In this document: one piece after another, positions 35,121-48,187 of the stretch
Layout of the letters: the number at the start of each line of letters is the position of its first letter
Position numbering within the stretch: the stretch's first letter is position 1
From: Squalus acanthias
Lineage: Eukaryota
DNA: 64,000 nucleotides
NCBI GenBank assembly: GCA_030390025.1
Contig: CM059431.1
Span: 157,358,001 to 157,422,000, forward strand
Direction: 5' to 3'
Translations under genes and position numbers: made by a program
Notes under the pieces: generated by a model
The model's input: only the letters and a program-made list of their open reading frames with translations
Databases searched by the model: none
Told to the model about the DNA's origin: nothing

Positions 35121-38100
35121 AGATCGTTGTCCATTTCGGTTTAAATGATTTCGGCAGAAAGAGGGATGAGGTCCTGCAGGCAGAGTTTAGGGAGCTAGGA
35201 GAGAGGTAAAAATCAGGATCTCAGAGGTAGTAATCTTCGGATTACTCCCGGTGCCACGGGCTAGTGAGTACATGGATAGAGGATAGAACAGATGAATGGG
35301 TGCCTGGAGAGATGCTGCAGGAGGGAGGGCTTTAGATTCCTGAGGCTTTTGGACCCTTTCTGGGGAAGGTGGGACCTGTACAAGCCGGACGGTATAACCT
35401 CAACAGAGCCGGAATCAATATTTACACGCCAGTTTTGCTAGTGCTTTTGGTGAAGGTTTGAACTAGCTTGGCAGGAGGATGGGCAACAGCATATTGGAGT
35501 AGAACAGAGGAATAAGGTGCATAAATGAGTGACTGTGTTGGATAGTACGAGAGAAGAAATTAGTACTGGAGGCGGAAGAAGTACCATATTAGATAGGAGC
35601 AGACTAAGAAACATAACGAATAATTCAAAAATGGGTTTAGAATGCATGTACATAAATACACAAAGTGTGGTGAATAAGATTGGTGAGCTACAAGCCCAAT
35701 TAACTCCGTGGCAATATGATGTTGTGGCAATAATGGAAACGTGGCTTAAAAACGGTGAAGACTGGGCACTTAATATTCAAGGCTACAAATTGTTCAGAAA
35801 AGATATGGAAGCAAAAACGTGAGGTTGGGTGGCAGTGCTGATTAAGGAAGACATTGCATTTTTGGAAAGGGAGGATGTTCTTGAGGGGACAAGGACAGAA
35901 TGCATTTGGTTAGAGTTGAGGAGCAATAAGTGTATGATCACGCAATTGCGGGTATTCTATAGGCCTCCAAATGGTGAGAGGGAGTTAGAGGAGCAAATCT
36001 GCAGGGAATTCGCAGAGATACGCAAGAACTTTATTGTGGTTATATTGCCGGATTTTAATTACTCAAATATCGATTGGGATAATACTAGGGTAAACGGAAA
36101 GGACGGGGAGGATTTTATGAAATGTGTTCAGGAGAATTTCCTTGACGAGTATTTTCTTGGGCCAACTAGCAAGGAGGCATTGCTGGATCTGGTGCTGTTG
36201 AATGTGGTGGACCAGGTCGACCAAGTGTCTGTGGGAGAACACTTGGGTACGAGTGATTATCGTATCACAAGATTTAGATTAGCAATGGAGAGGAGCAAGG
36301 AACAATCTAGAGTGGAACTTATAAACTGGAAAGGGGCAAATTCAATGAGATGCAAAAGGGTCTACCCAGGGCAAAATTGAACCAAAGATTGGCAGGAAAA
36401 ACTGTAATGGAACAATGGGTGATCTTTAAGGAGGAGATGTTCCAAGTACAGGCTCAGTATATTCCAACATGAGGGAAGGGTAAGGGAACCAAAGCAAGTG
36501 CTCCTTGGATGACGAGGGAGATAGAGAAGATGATGAAACAAAAAAAGAGTGTGTATGATGCATGTCAGGTGAATTCTTCAATGGAGAACTAGACCAAATA
36601 CATTAAGTTGAGACGGGAAGTGAAGATGAAAGTGAGATTAGCAAAGAGAGAATATGAGAGTAGAATGGCGGTTAACATAAAAGGGAACCGATACATCTTC
36701 TACTGGCATGTAAACAGTAAGCGGGTATTAAGAGGTGGGGTGGGGCCTATTAGAGACAAAGTAGGTGAAATACGCTTAGAGACGCAGGGTAAGGCTAGAA
36801 TACTCAATGAATGCTATGTATCGGTGTTTAAAAAGGACGTGGATGCTGACAAAATATCGGTAGAAGTGGAAAAAGTAGAAGCAATGGAAGGGGTGAAAAT
36901 TGATAGACAGGATGTACTAGAAAATCTGGTTATGTTTTAAGTGGTAAGTCGCCTGGTCCTGTTGGCTTTCATCCCAGGTTGCTAAGGGATCAGCAGAAGG
37001 GCTTGCATCATTTTCCAATCTTCCCTAGATGCGGGGGAGGGGATCGAGGATTGGAAATTGGCAAATATAACACCATTGTTCAAGTAAGAGCGTTAGGACA
37101 ATCCTAGAAACTACAGCCCGGTCAGTTTAACATCAGTGCTCGGTAACGTTTTTGAAACAGTAAACAAGGGAAAAATTAACGGGCATTTGGAAAGGTTTAA
37201 GCTAATTAAGGGGAGCCAACACGTGATTGACTAACCTAATTGAATTTCGGATGAAGTAACAGAGAGAATTGAAGAAGGGTTTGCAATGGATGATGTCTAA
37301 ATGGATTTTCGGAAGGCGTATGACAAAGTATCACATAGAAGGGTGGTTAACACAATTGAGGCTCGTGAAATAGGTCGTTCATTGGCAGCTTGGATAAGGA
37401 ATTGGCTTAAGGACAGAAAACCGTTGTCGTAAATGCCAGCTTTTCAGACTAGGGGAGGGTGGACAGTAGTGTTCCCCAAGGGTAAGTGATGGGGCCACTG
37501 CTTGTTTTGATATATATAAATGACCTGGATATTGGACTGCAAAGTAGAATTTCTAAATTTGCCGATGAGACCAAACTTAGCCGGGGTTGCAATCAGTGAT
37601 AATGATACCAATCGACTGCAACAGGACATAGAAAGTCTAGCAGAATGGGCATGCAAGTGGCAGATGTAATTTAATACTGAGGAGTGTGAGGTGATGCATT
37701 TTGGCAGACGTAAAAGGGAGAGGCAATATTCACTTAATAGCACAGTTTTAAAGAGTGTGCAGGGACAGATTGACCTGGGAGTTAATGTGCATAGGTCCCT
37801 GAAGTTTGCAGGACATATTGAGAGAATGGTTAACAAAGCATATTGGATCTTGGGCGTCATAAATAGAGGTATTGAGTACAAAAGTAGAGAAGATACCTGC
37901 ATATTTATAAAGCGTTTGTTAAGCCACAACTGGAGTATTGCTTCCAGGTCTGGTCACCACAGTTTAGGAAAGATGTGAAGGCCCTTGAGAGGGTGCAGCT
38001 GAGATTTACCAGAATGGTTTCAGGGCCGGGGATCTTAGTTACAAGGGCAGGTTGGAGAAGCTGGATTTGTTTTCATTAGAGCAAAGGAAGTTGCGGGGTG

Positions 38101-38235
38101 ATTTGATAGATGTGTACTACATTATGACGGGTTTGGATCGGCTAGACGGCGAAAGGCTGTCCCCACTAATTGATGGTACAAGGAAAAGGGGACACCGATT
38201 TAAGTTTTTGGGAAAGAGATATAGTGGGAACGTTA
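35120..38235 (+). mobile_element. CR1 LINE (end of ORF1 and most of ORF2), decayed
   Basis: ORFs 35529 (LECMYINTQSVVNK, VAIMETWL), 35829 (FYRPPNG, DFNY), 36608, 37691 and 38052. Confidence 0.92.
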
Positions 38236-38619
38236 GGTACGCCTGGCGCTGATCCTGGCATGCTCTTCTATACTAGTTACTGAACCAGTGTTGGTCCCCT
38301 TTCTTGATGGTAATGGCAGTGTGCGGGATATGTCAGGTCATGAAGTTACAGATTGTGGTGGAATCCAATTCTGCTGCTGACACTGATGGCTCACCAATTG
38401 AATTGAGTTTCACAATCAGACAGATTATCCGGGTCCCTGCGCCACCGGGGGGGCCTCGAAGCAACATAGATTAGGTGGGGCAGAGGGACATTTCACTCAT
38501 TAACGGACCTTTGGTCAAACAAGTAAGAGAATTAAGTCGTTGTGTTGTTTTTCTGACCTGAAGAATGCCGTGCAATTCCATTAAAATATTCCATGTAATT
38601 TCACGTAAAATAAACAAGC

Positions 38620-39115
38620 ACACAATCTACAGCCGGCACGATATAGAAGTGCATAATGCGCAGGCATAACAATTAAGTTACATTGGTAGCAAGCGCACAA
38701 TGTACAGGAGTACAATGTATGGGCAGACAATGTTTAGGTTTAAATGCACAGGTGTACAATCCAATGACACAACCTGTAAAGGCGAAATGTACAAATGTGC
38801 ACAATGTATAAGAGCACAATGATCGGGTGCATAAGGCACAGTCACACAAAATAAACTTGCACAATATACAGGCAAACAATGTACATGTGCATAATGTAAA
38901 AGCACAGAATGTACAGGTGTACAATGTTCAAGCGCACAATGTACAGGCAAAAAATGTACAAGCGCATAATTTACAAGCACAGAATGTACAGGTGTATAAT
39001 ATTCAAGCGCACAATGTAGAGTCAAACAATGTACAAGTGCAGAAGGTACAAGTGAAGAATGTACAGGCGCACAATGTTCAAGCGCAGAATGTAGAGGCGC
39101 CGAAAGTACAGCAAC
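38620..39115 (+). repeat. 15-bp minisatellite (gcacaatgtacaggc-like)
   Basis: Tandem units give the pentapeptide-repeat ORF HNVQA/QNVQV at 38827-39216. Confidence 0.9.
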
Positions 39116-39637
39116 AAATAGTTACATATATAAACAAATGCAGACAAGATGATAGAAATCATAGAGAATCCCACTTTCTCTCAATCGCAATCAAAGTTAT
39201 TGGCCCATTGAGTTGACCAGAGATTCGATAATGATTACTAATTTCGTCACTTCTGGCACATGGAAATGAATACATTGAATTACATGGAAGTTGCTACACA
39301 GAAACAGTCTACTCGATCCCCTAAAAACACCCAAGTACTTGCCAATAATGAGGCACACTTGATCAATAAGGAGGTAAGGATCAAACTTTATCTAAAGAAA
39401 AAGGTCCACACTAAGTACATAGACAAAAATAAGAGGTTGGAAAGGAAAGAAAAAGGGTTAGGATAAAAGTTTATAAAATATTAAGAAGCCAAAAACGAAT
39501 TACAAAATAAAAATTACTAAAGAATATAAAAATGAGGCGAGACATAAATATCAAAATGGAAATTATGATAAGGATTAGCCATAAAAGGATGCACAAAATA
39601 AATTTGCAAGTAATGACAATGAAATGGAAGAAATATT

Positions 39638-39950
39638 GGCCTTGATTTTCCCGGGCCTATGACCGCGTACGTACAGTGTATGTGGTCGTATGTGCTCGAC
39701 AAGTTCCAGGTTTTCGCATGAGATGCGCATGTGCGAAAACTCGGAACCTGCGATCTGTCAAGTTTCAACTTCACAGGTCAACCGCATCTCCTGGAAATGG
39801 ACCTTCGCTGGCGGAGAGTTGGGGTATTTGCCCAACTACTGTCCAGCGAATGACAACAAAACTCGTATGCCTGGTACAAGCAGGCGTAGGGCCTTCTTTT
39901 TACCAGCATACGTGTTTAAAGAAATATTAAAACAAGATTTTTTGAATCAT
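39638..39950 (+). mobile_element. Truncated MITE of the same Harbinger-type group
   Basis: Starts ggccttgattttcc; palindrome ggttttcgcatgagatgcgcatgtgcgaaaac as in the other copies; right end missing. Confidence 0.6.
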
Positions 39951-40704
39951 TTAAATGCCAGAACAAGTAGATAAGGTTAGTGTGTTGTTTGTAATATACG
40001 TGGAATTTCAAAAACTCGTCGATCAAAAGATCAATTGGGTTTTTAACATTATTTTTTCAATTTATGTTTTGCATATTCTCTTCAGCGTTCAACGTGTTTC
40101 TTTTTGAGTGACGTTGTGCCGTGACGTTGCGGTTGGCTGAATTTCATAAGTAAGCTATTCAGAAACGTTGGACTAGTATTTTAACAAAGAAGAGTATTCG
40201 TCTCCAGGAGCTGCTGTTCACAACTTTTAGGCCAACTGCACCACTGACACCGTGTGATGGATATTCACTTTGTCTTAAAGTTTAGTTTGCAACGCTGTGG
40301 AAATTCCTTGGTTGCAATTAGTACGTAGCGTTTATAAGTTCTGAATAAAGCACAGCGTGCTGAAAAAGGACATTAAATGAACTCTACCAGTCTGGAACCG
40401 ACAAGTTCAGACTAAATTCAAAACTCTGAAATCCGTTCAGAATAGAGTTATAAATCACCCTTGAAGTACTTTCCACTTTGCATTATAATCTTTTTTGTAT
40501 GATAAATTAGACCATGTTTTGTAAATCTGTTTTGTACAAATGTCCGAATCCTTGAAAGGATTTGTCTGTATTGTAATTATATGTTTATCAGGAACCATAA
40601 TTAAAGATTATGAACTGAAACAACAATATCAAAAGTGAAGGCAGTCCTTGCAGTAGCGTGCAGTGTTTCCTCATATTGCGATGCAATTGGAGTAACCGAG
40701 AGGT

Positions 40705-41065
40705 TGGTGGACGGTAGCACAATGGTAAAGTCGCTGGGCTGGTAAACTAGCAGCCAGGATTAATGAATCAGAGACCTGAGTTCAAATCACAATGAATTTA
40801 AAGTTAAATCAGGAATACAAAGCTAGTATCAGTAAGGGTAACAATGAACCTATCGGATGTCAGAAAAAACCCATCTGGTTCATTAATGTCCTTTAGGGAA
40901 GGTAATCTGCCGTCCTTTCGTGGTCTGGCCTATATCTAACTCCAGACCCACAGCAATGCGATTGACTCTTAATTCCCACTGAAGCCACTCAATTGTAACG
41001 TACCGATACGAAACACAATAATAAGAATGAAACAGGACGGACCACCCAGCATCGACCTCGGCAAA
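40705..41065 (+). mobile_element. tRNA-derived SINE with conserved central domain (Meta-domain-like, from memory)
   Basis: A box-like tagcacaatgg, B box gagttcaaatc, core aaacccatctggttcattaatgtcctttagggaagg.aatctgccgtcct...ggtctggcct. Confidence 0.65.
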
Positions 41066-41189
41066 GGGACTCCCATCGCATCTGGGGACAATAAGCAGGA
41101 GCAACACCAGGAGCACCTAACAATGTACTGCCAAACGGGGGAAGCTTCAACACAGGGATACTAGCATGTTAAATAGTGGAAGCAGCATG

Positions 41190-43003
41190 CTGTAGACAGG
41201 GTTAAGCGATCCCACAATTAACAAATCACATCAAAGCTCTGCATTCCTGCCATGAAGTCGTTAATGGTGGTAGACCATTGCAAAACTAACGGGAGGAGGA
41301 GGCTCCATGGATATCCCCATCCTCAAAGATGATGGTGCCCAGCTCCATCTTCAGCCAGAAGTGCCGAGTGGATGTTCCATATCGGCTTACTTCTGAAGTC
41401 CCCAGCATCACAGAAGCCAGACTTCAGCCAAATCGATTTCACTCCACGTCATGTCAAGAAACGGCTGGGCGCACTGGATCGAGCAAAGGCTGTGGGCCCC
41501 GGCAAAATACCGGCTATCGTTCTGTGGACTTGAGTTCCAGAAGTAGTTGCGCCTCAGCCAAGCCGGTTCAGTACAGTTACAACACTGGTATCGATCCGAC
41601 AATGTGGACAACTGCCCACAAAAAGCAGGACAAATTCAATCCGGCCAATTACCGCCCCATCAGTCTACTCGCAATCATCAGCAAATTGATTGAAAGTGTC
41701 ATTGACAGTGCTATCAAACGGCAATTACTCACCAATAACGTGCTCACTGATGCACAATTTGGGTTCCGCCAAGACCACTCGGCTCCCGAACTCATTACAG
41801 CCTTGGTCCAAACATGGACAAAGGAGCTGAATTCCAGAGGTGAGGTGAGAGTTACTACCCTAAACATCAAGGCAGCATTTGACCGAATGTGGCATCAAGG
41901 AGACCGAGTACAACTGAAGTCAATGGGCATCGCGGGGAAAACTCTCCAATGGCTGGAGTCATACCTAGCACAAAGGACGATGGTTCTGGTGTTTGAAGGT
42001 CAATCATCACAGCCCCAGGGCATCGCTGCATGAGTTCCTCAGGGCAGTATCCGATCCCAAACATTTTCAGCTGCTTCATCAATGAACTTCCCTTCAACAT
42101 AAGGTAAGAAATGGGGGTGTTCGTTGATGACTGCACAGTGTTCATTCCCGTTCACAACTCCTCAGTTAAAGAAGCAGTCCATGCCCGCATGCAACAAGAC
42201 CTGGCCGACGTTCAGGATTGAGCTGATATGTTGCAGGTAACATTCGCGCCACAGAAGTGACAGGCAATGACTATCTCCAACAAGCGAGAGTGTAACCAAC
42301 GCCCCTTGATATACAACAGCATTACCATCGCCGAATCCCCCACCATCAACATCCGGGGGTCACCCTTTATCAGGAACTTAACTGCACTAGCCACATAACT
42401 ACAGTGGCAACAAGAGCAGGTTAGATGCTGAGTGTTCTGTGTCGAGTGTCTAACCTCCTGCCTCCCCAAAACCGTTCCACCATCTACAGGCACAAGTCAG
42501 GAGTGTGATGGAATACTCTCCACTTTCCTGGATGAGTGCAGCTCCAACAACACTAAAGAAGAGCGACACCATCCAGGACAAAGCAGCCCGCTTCATTGGC
42601 ACCCAATCCACCACCTTAAACATTCACTCCCTCCACCACTGGCGTACCGTGGCTGCAGAGTTTACCACTTACAAGATGCACTGCAGCAACTCGCCAAGGT
42701 TTCTTCGGCAGCACCTCCAAAACCCGAGAGCTCTTCTACCTAGAAGGACAAGGGCAGCAGCTGCATGGGAACACCACCACCTCCAAGACACATACCATAC
42801 TGACTTAGAAGTATATCGCCGATCCTGCATCGTCGCTGGGTCAAAATCCTGGAACTCCCTCGCTAACAGCACTCTGGGCGTACCTTCACTACATACTGCA
42901 GCGGTTCAAGAAGGCGGCTCAACACCACCTTCTGAAGCGCAATTAGGGAATGGAAATAAATGCTGGCCTTGCCAGCTGTGTCCACATCCCATAAGCGAAT
43001 AAA
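41190..43003 (+). mobile_element. CR1/L2-group LINE (distinct from the main CR1 families), RT to 3' end
   Basis: ORF 41329-42033 (NYRPISLLAIISKLIE, QFGFRQDHS, LNIKAAFDRMWH) and ORF 42505-43002. Confidence 0.9.
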
Positions 43004-43181
43004 ATCTACTATGCCATAGATGCACAATCTTCAAGCGCACAATAACATTCACGGAAAAAAAAACATAAGGAATCGCACTCTCCGTAACTTCGAATCCTAG
43101 ATATCGCCCAATTCAATTAAGTCCATTTGCGGAGATATCAGAATGTTGAATATTATTTTCACTTCTGATACATGTAACTCA

Positions 43182-43610
43182 TGTGTCAGCCGTGGTTCAG
43201 TTAGTAGCCCTCCCGCCTCTGAGTCACAAGGTTCTAAAGAACAAAAATCTAGGCTGACACTCCAGTGCTGCTCTGTCAGATGTGTCGTCGCACGAATGAG
43301 ACGTTAAACCGAAGCCTCCTCTGCTCTCTCGGGTGGACGTAAAAGATCCGATGGCACTATTTCGAGAAAGAGCAGGGGAGTTATCCCCGGTGTCCTGACA
43401 AATGTTTATCCCTCAATCAATATCGCTAAGTAAAACAGATTATCTGGTCATTATCACGTTTCTCTTTGTGGGGGGTTGCTGTGCGCAATTGGCTGCCGCG
43501 TTTCCTACATTACAACAGTGACTACACTGCAAAAGTACTTCATTGACTGTAAAGCGCTTTGGGACGTCATGAGTTCGTGAAAGGCGCTATATAAATGAAC
43601 GCATTTCTTT
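43182..43610 (+). mobile_element. Deu-domain SINE (SacSINE1-like)
   Basis: gtcagccgtggttcagtt.gtagc head; aatctaggctgacactccagtgc; taaaagatcc.atggcactatttcgag; L2-type tail. Confidence 0.85.
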
Positions 43611-43684
43611 AATATTTGTTTTCAATGGTAATGTTTAGCTATTCCAATCTCGATAAAGCGCAGATCGCAGGAGCCCAGGTTAAA

Positions 43685-44420
43685 GCCATAGAATCGTAGA
43701 ATCATATAGCGCATTTGGAGGCCATTCGGCCCATTGTGCTTGTGTCGGCTCTTGCAACAGCTGTCCAATTGAATCCAACAACGCAGCGTTTATCCACATG
43801 ACCCTGAAAATTGGTCCTCTTCAAGTACATGTCCAATTGCCTTTTGCAAATTCCTATGGAATCTCATTCCACTACTCTTGCAGGTAATGCTTTCATAACA
43901 ACCCTCTGTGTGAAATAATCTCTCATGACTTTTCCTCAAGTTCTTTTGCCAATTATTTATTCGGAGGTGGATATCCTGGGAAATCTTCAATGTTGACATT
44001 AAGTCATATTATGAAACAGCACGAGGAGGCCATTCCAAAAATCATCCCTTTTGCCAGCACGGTGGCAGAGCTTTCCAAATAGACCCAGCCCTCTGCCCTT
44101 TCCTGTATTCGTTCTTTCCAGTATTTATTCCCTTTTGAAAGTTACTATTTTAGTTGCTTCGACCACCCTTTCAGACACTGCATTCCAGACCACGAAAATC
44201 TCGCTACGTAAAGAAATGTTCCCTCAAGTCGCCTCTGGTTCTTTTGCCAGTTACACTAAATCTGTGTCGTTTGGTAACCAAATATTATGCCACTGGAAAC
44301 GATATATCCTTAATTAGTCTATCAATACCGTTCATCATTTTGAACACCTCTATCAAATCCCCTGTCAACATTCTCTGCTCTAAGCAGATCAACTCCAACT
44401 TCTCCATTTTCTCCACGTTA
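43685..44420 (-). mobile_element. Two old CR1 3' fragments
   Basis: catagaatc tail, ggaggccattcggccc and reverse-complement RT C-terminus. Confidence 0.75.
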
Positions 44421-44857
44421 ACGCAGCAGCCACAGGTAAAATACCGGAATCCGGTAGACAGAGCAAAACCGGTTACCGACCTGACGGATAAGAGCTGACT
44501 TTTTTAATCACATGCGTACAGACCAGTATGGTGCTGGACAATCGCACAATTAACAGGAGGATGGGACTCCATGAACATTCCTATCCTCAAATAAGTGGGA
44601 CATCACCACGTGATTTCAAGAGAGAAGAGTGAAGGGCCTGAAAGTGTCTTCGGTTGAAAGAGCCAAGTGGATGATTCTGTTCGGAATCACCGAGAGTTTG
44701 CCAACTTAATAGAGTCATTGTCCCGAAAATTCAGTTCACTCCACTTGACATTAACAAGCAGCTGAATGCACAGAACACATTGAATTATTTTGGAATAACA
44801 ACAGAAAGCGCTGGAAAAACTCAGCAGGCCAGGCAACATCTGTGGAGAGAAAAACAG

Positions 44858-44894
44858 AGTTAACGTTTCAGGTCGAACACCCTTCGTCAGAACT
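44858..44894 (-). ncRNA. Minimal hammerhead ribozyme motif in Penelope terminal repeat
   Basis: agttCTGACGAagggtgttcgacctGAAAcgttaact: stem I agtt/aact, intact core, palindromic stem III. Confidence 0.75.
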
Positions 44895-47252
44895 GAGAAA
44901 AAAGCAGGAACTGAAACAGATGGAAAGCAAGTTTGGAGGCTGGGGAGGGAAAAAAATAACAAAAGGGAAGGTCTGTGAGATTAGAGACATTAAGAGATAC
45001 ACAAAGCGAGACGAGATGATAATAGGACAGGTTAAGAAACAAAAGCTGGCTCAGAAGTGTGAAATGCGTTGGCTGGTTGAAAGACAGCTGCCATGTGGGA
45101 GAGAGAGAGAAAAAAGGGAAAAGGCAAAAACCAAAATGGGGGGATAAAAATGGTAGGGGCCGAGGTTATGATCTGAAATTGTTGAACTCGATATTGAGTC
45201 CGGAAGGCTATAAAGTGCCGAATCGAAAGATGAGGTGCTGTTCCTCGAGCTTACGCTGAGTTTCCGTGGAACAACGCAAGAGGCCGAGGACGGTGAGGTC
45301 TCTCAGTGGGCGTGGAGCGGTGAGTTAAAATGACAGGCGACCTGAAGCTCGGGGTCAACCTTACGGACTGAACAGAGGCGTTCCGCAAAGCGGTCACCCA
45401 ATCTGCGTTTGGTCTCCCCAATGTAGAGGAGACCATATCGTGAGCAGCGAATACAGTATACTAGATTGCAAGAAGTACAAGTAAATCGCTGTTTCACCTG
45501 GAAGGGATGTTTGGGGCACTGGAGAGCGGGAAGGGGGTGGTATAAGGGCAGGTGTTGCTTCTCCTGCGCTTGCACGGGAAGGTGCCAGGCGAGGGTGAAG
45601 GGGTGCTGGGGTTGAAGAGGAGTGGACTAGGGTGTCTGGGAGGGAGCGGTCCCTACGGAATGCTGAAAGGAGAGGTGAGGGGAGCATAAGTTTGGTTGTG
45701 GGATCACGTTGGAGGTGGCGGAAATTAGGGAGGATGATCCGTTGAATGTGGAGGCTGGTGGGGTGAAATGTGAGGACAAGGGAAACTCTATCGTGGTTCC
45801 GGGAGGGAGGGGCCGGGGTGAGGACAGAAGTGCGGGAGTTGGAACGGACACGGTCGAGGGCCGTGTCAACTACGGTAGAGGGGAATCCTCGGTTGAGGAA
45901 AAAGGAAGACATGTCGGAAGCACTGGTATGGAAGGTGGCATCGTCGGAGCAGATGCGGCGGAGATGGAGAAACTGGGAGAAGGGAATAGAGTCCTTACAG
46001 GATGCGGGGTGGGAGGAAGTGTAGTGTAGGTAGCTGTGGGAGTCAGTGGGCTTGTAGTGAATGTTGGTCAATAACCTATCCCCAGAGATGGAGACGGAGA
46101 AGTCCAGGAAGGGAAGGGAAGAGTCGGAGATGGACCTTGTGAAGGTGAGGGAAGGGTGGAAATTGGAGACAAAGTGAATGAAATTGTCTAGTTCAGGGCG
46201 AGAGCAGGAAACGGCACCGATACAGTCATCAATGTAACGTAAAAAGAGGTGAGGGAGGGGACCCAAGTAGGACTGGAACAAAGAGTGTTCCACATATCCC
46301 ACGAAAAGGCAGGCATAGCTAGGACCCAAGCGGGTACACATAGCAACACCTTTGATTTGGAGAAAATGAGTGGAGTCAAAGGAGAAGTTGTTCAATGTGA
46401 GAAAAAGTTCAGCCAGGTGGAGGAGGGTGCAGGTGGATGGGGACTGGTTGGGCCTCTGATAAAAGAAGAAGCGGAGCGCCCTCAGGCCATCCTGGTCGGG
46501 GATGGAGGTGTAGAGGGATTGTACGTCCATAGTGAAAAGGAGGCGGTTGGGGCCAGGAAACTGGAAACTGTTGAAGTGGCGGAGGGCATCAGAAGAGTCG
46601 CGGATGTAGGTGGGAAGAGACTGGACAAGGGGAGAAAAAATGGAGTCGAGATAGGAAGAGATATGTTCCGTGGGGCAAGGATAGGCTGAAATGATGGATC
46701 TACCAGGGCAGTCCGGTTTGTGGATCTTGAGAAGGAGGTAGAAGCGGGCTGTGCGGGGTTGGGGAACTATGAGGTTGGCGGCCGTGGGGGTCAGATCTCC
46801 AGAGGAGATGAGGTCAGTGACAGTCTTGGAAACGGTGGCTTGATGTTCGGTAGTGGGGTCATGGTCCAGGTGGAGGTAGGAGGAGGTGTCGGAGAGTTGG
46901 CGTTCAACTTCCGCTAGGTAGAGGTCGGTACGCCAAACAACAACAGCACCACCCTTGTCAGCAGGTTTAATGACAATGTCGGGGTTGGATCTGAGGGAAT
47001 GGAGTGCTGCATGTTCATGGGGAGGTAGGTTGGAGTGGGTGAGGGGAGCAGAGAAATGGAGACGGCCGATGTCGCGGCGGCAGTTAGCAATGAAAAGATC
47101 TAGAGAGGGTAAGAGTCCAGAGGGAGGTGTCCAGGTGGAACGAGAATTCTGGAAGCGGGAGAAAGGGTCAGCTGTTGTTCTTTTAGTCTTTTATTCCCTC
47201 CCCCAGCCTCCAAACTTGCTTTTTCATCTGTTTCATTTCCTGCTTTTTTCTC

Positions 47253-47289
47253 AGTTCTGACGAAGGGTCTTCGACCTGCAACTTTAACT
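47253..47289 (+). ncRNA. Hammerhead ribozyme motif, mutated core
   Basis: agttCTGACGAagggtcttcgacctGCAActttaact: GAAA changed to GCAA. Confidence 0.6.
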
Positions 47290-48187
47290 CTGTTTCTCTC
47301 TCCACGGATGTTGCCTGGCCTGCTGAGTTTTAAGGCGCTTTCTGTTGTTATTTCAGTTTTCCAGCATCCGCAGTATTTTGCTATTGAATGATTTTGGTCT
47401 TGACTACATCCCACTATTAACTGCAGAAAAGCTGAACTCCAGATCTAGTTGTTCCATTCCCGTAGGCAAGCTATTCCAGTGCATCTGAATTTGACATCGG
47501 ATAGACAATATATAAAGACCATAGAGCTGTGTCCTAACCACAAAGTCAACACCAAACTGGTTCCAGCCAATCCCCGCCCTATCAGTCACCTCACAATGAT
47601 CAACAAAGTAATGGATGAACTACTCAAACAACATTCAGTCATCAATTACTTGCTCACAGACGTTGTTTTCGGTGGTGCCTGAAATCCTCGGATAAAGACT
47701 TGGTTACAGATGCAAGAGTTTAGTGCCACAGAAGAGGTAACCGGCACTCACCTCGGCAAGAAGGCAGTGTTTTACTCGGTTTGGCACCATGGAATCGTAG
47801 CTTAATGAGGTCAATGCGAGTCAAAGGAACTTACTCAAGTTTCCTTGATTGGAGATTTCGGATTTCGGTGACGTTTAGTCGCGGTGTTTTATGTTGAAAA
47901 GTTTCGACCTCCAACTTTATATTCGTAACAGTGTCATAAACGAGTAATACATTTAAATATTATTTGAAACAGTGGAACTTTAGCGTTGTAGTTTATATTT
48001 GGAAGTTTTACTCTGCTGTATTGTGCTGCCTGCAGGAAGCTAATTTCTGAATAAAAGCAATCCGTCCTTACCTGATCCAATATGGTTCCTACAACTTTTT
48101 AAAATCATTGAAAAACTACACAAATCAACGGCAATGGGTCCATGCCTGTACAGTAAGACACAATAATGGTGCTCTGTACATTTTGGG

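Larger units (their letters stand above)
44794..47382 (-). mobile_element. Penelope-like retroelement (RT plus GIY-YIG endonuclease) with inverted terminal repeats and 15-bp TSD
   Basis: ORF 45394-46530 (MDVQSLYTSIP, GVAM, FLRYIDD), ORF 45303-45575 (LVYCIRCS..LLYIGETKRRLGDRF); 44794-44955 is inverted at 47190-47352; flanks attgaattattttgg / attgaatgattttgg. Confidence 0.95.

Noticed and set aside
38827..39216. Pentapeptide-repeat protein (HNVQA)n
   Set aside because: A 15-bp tandem repeat is open on both strands by construction; no splice or promoter support.
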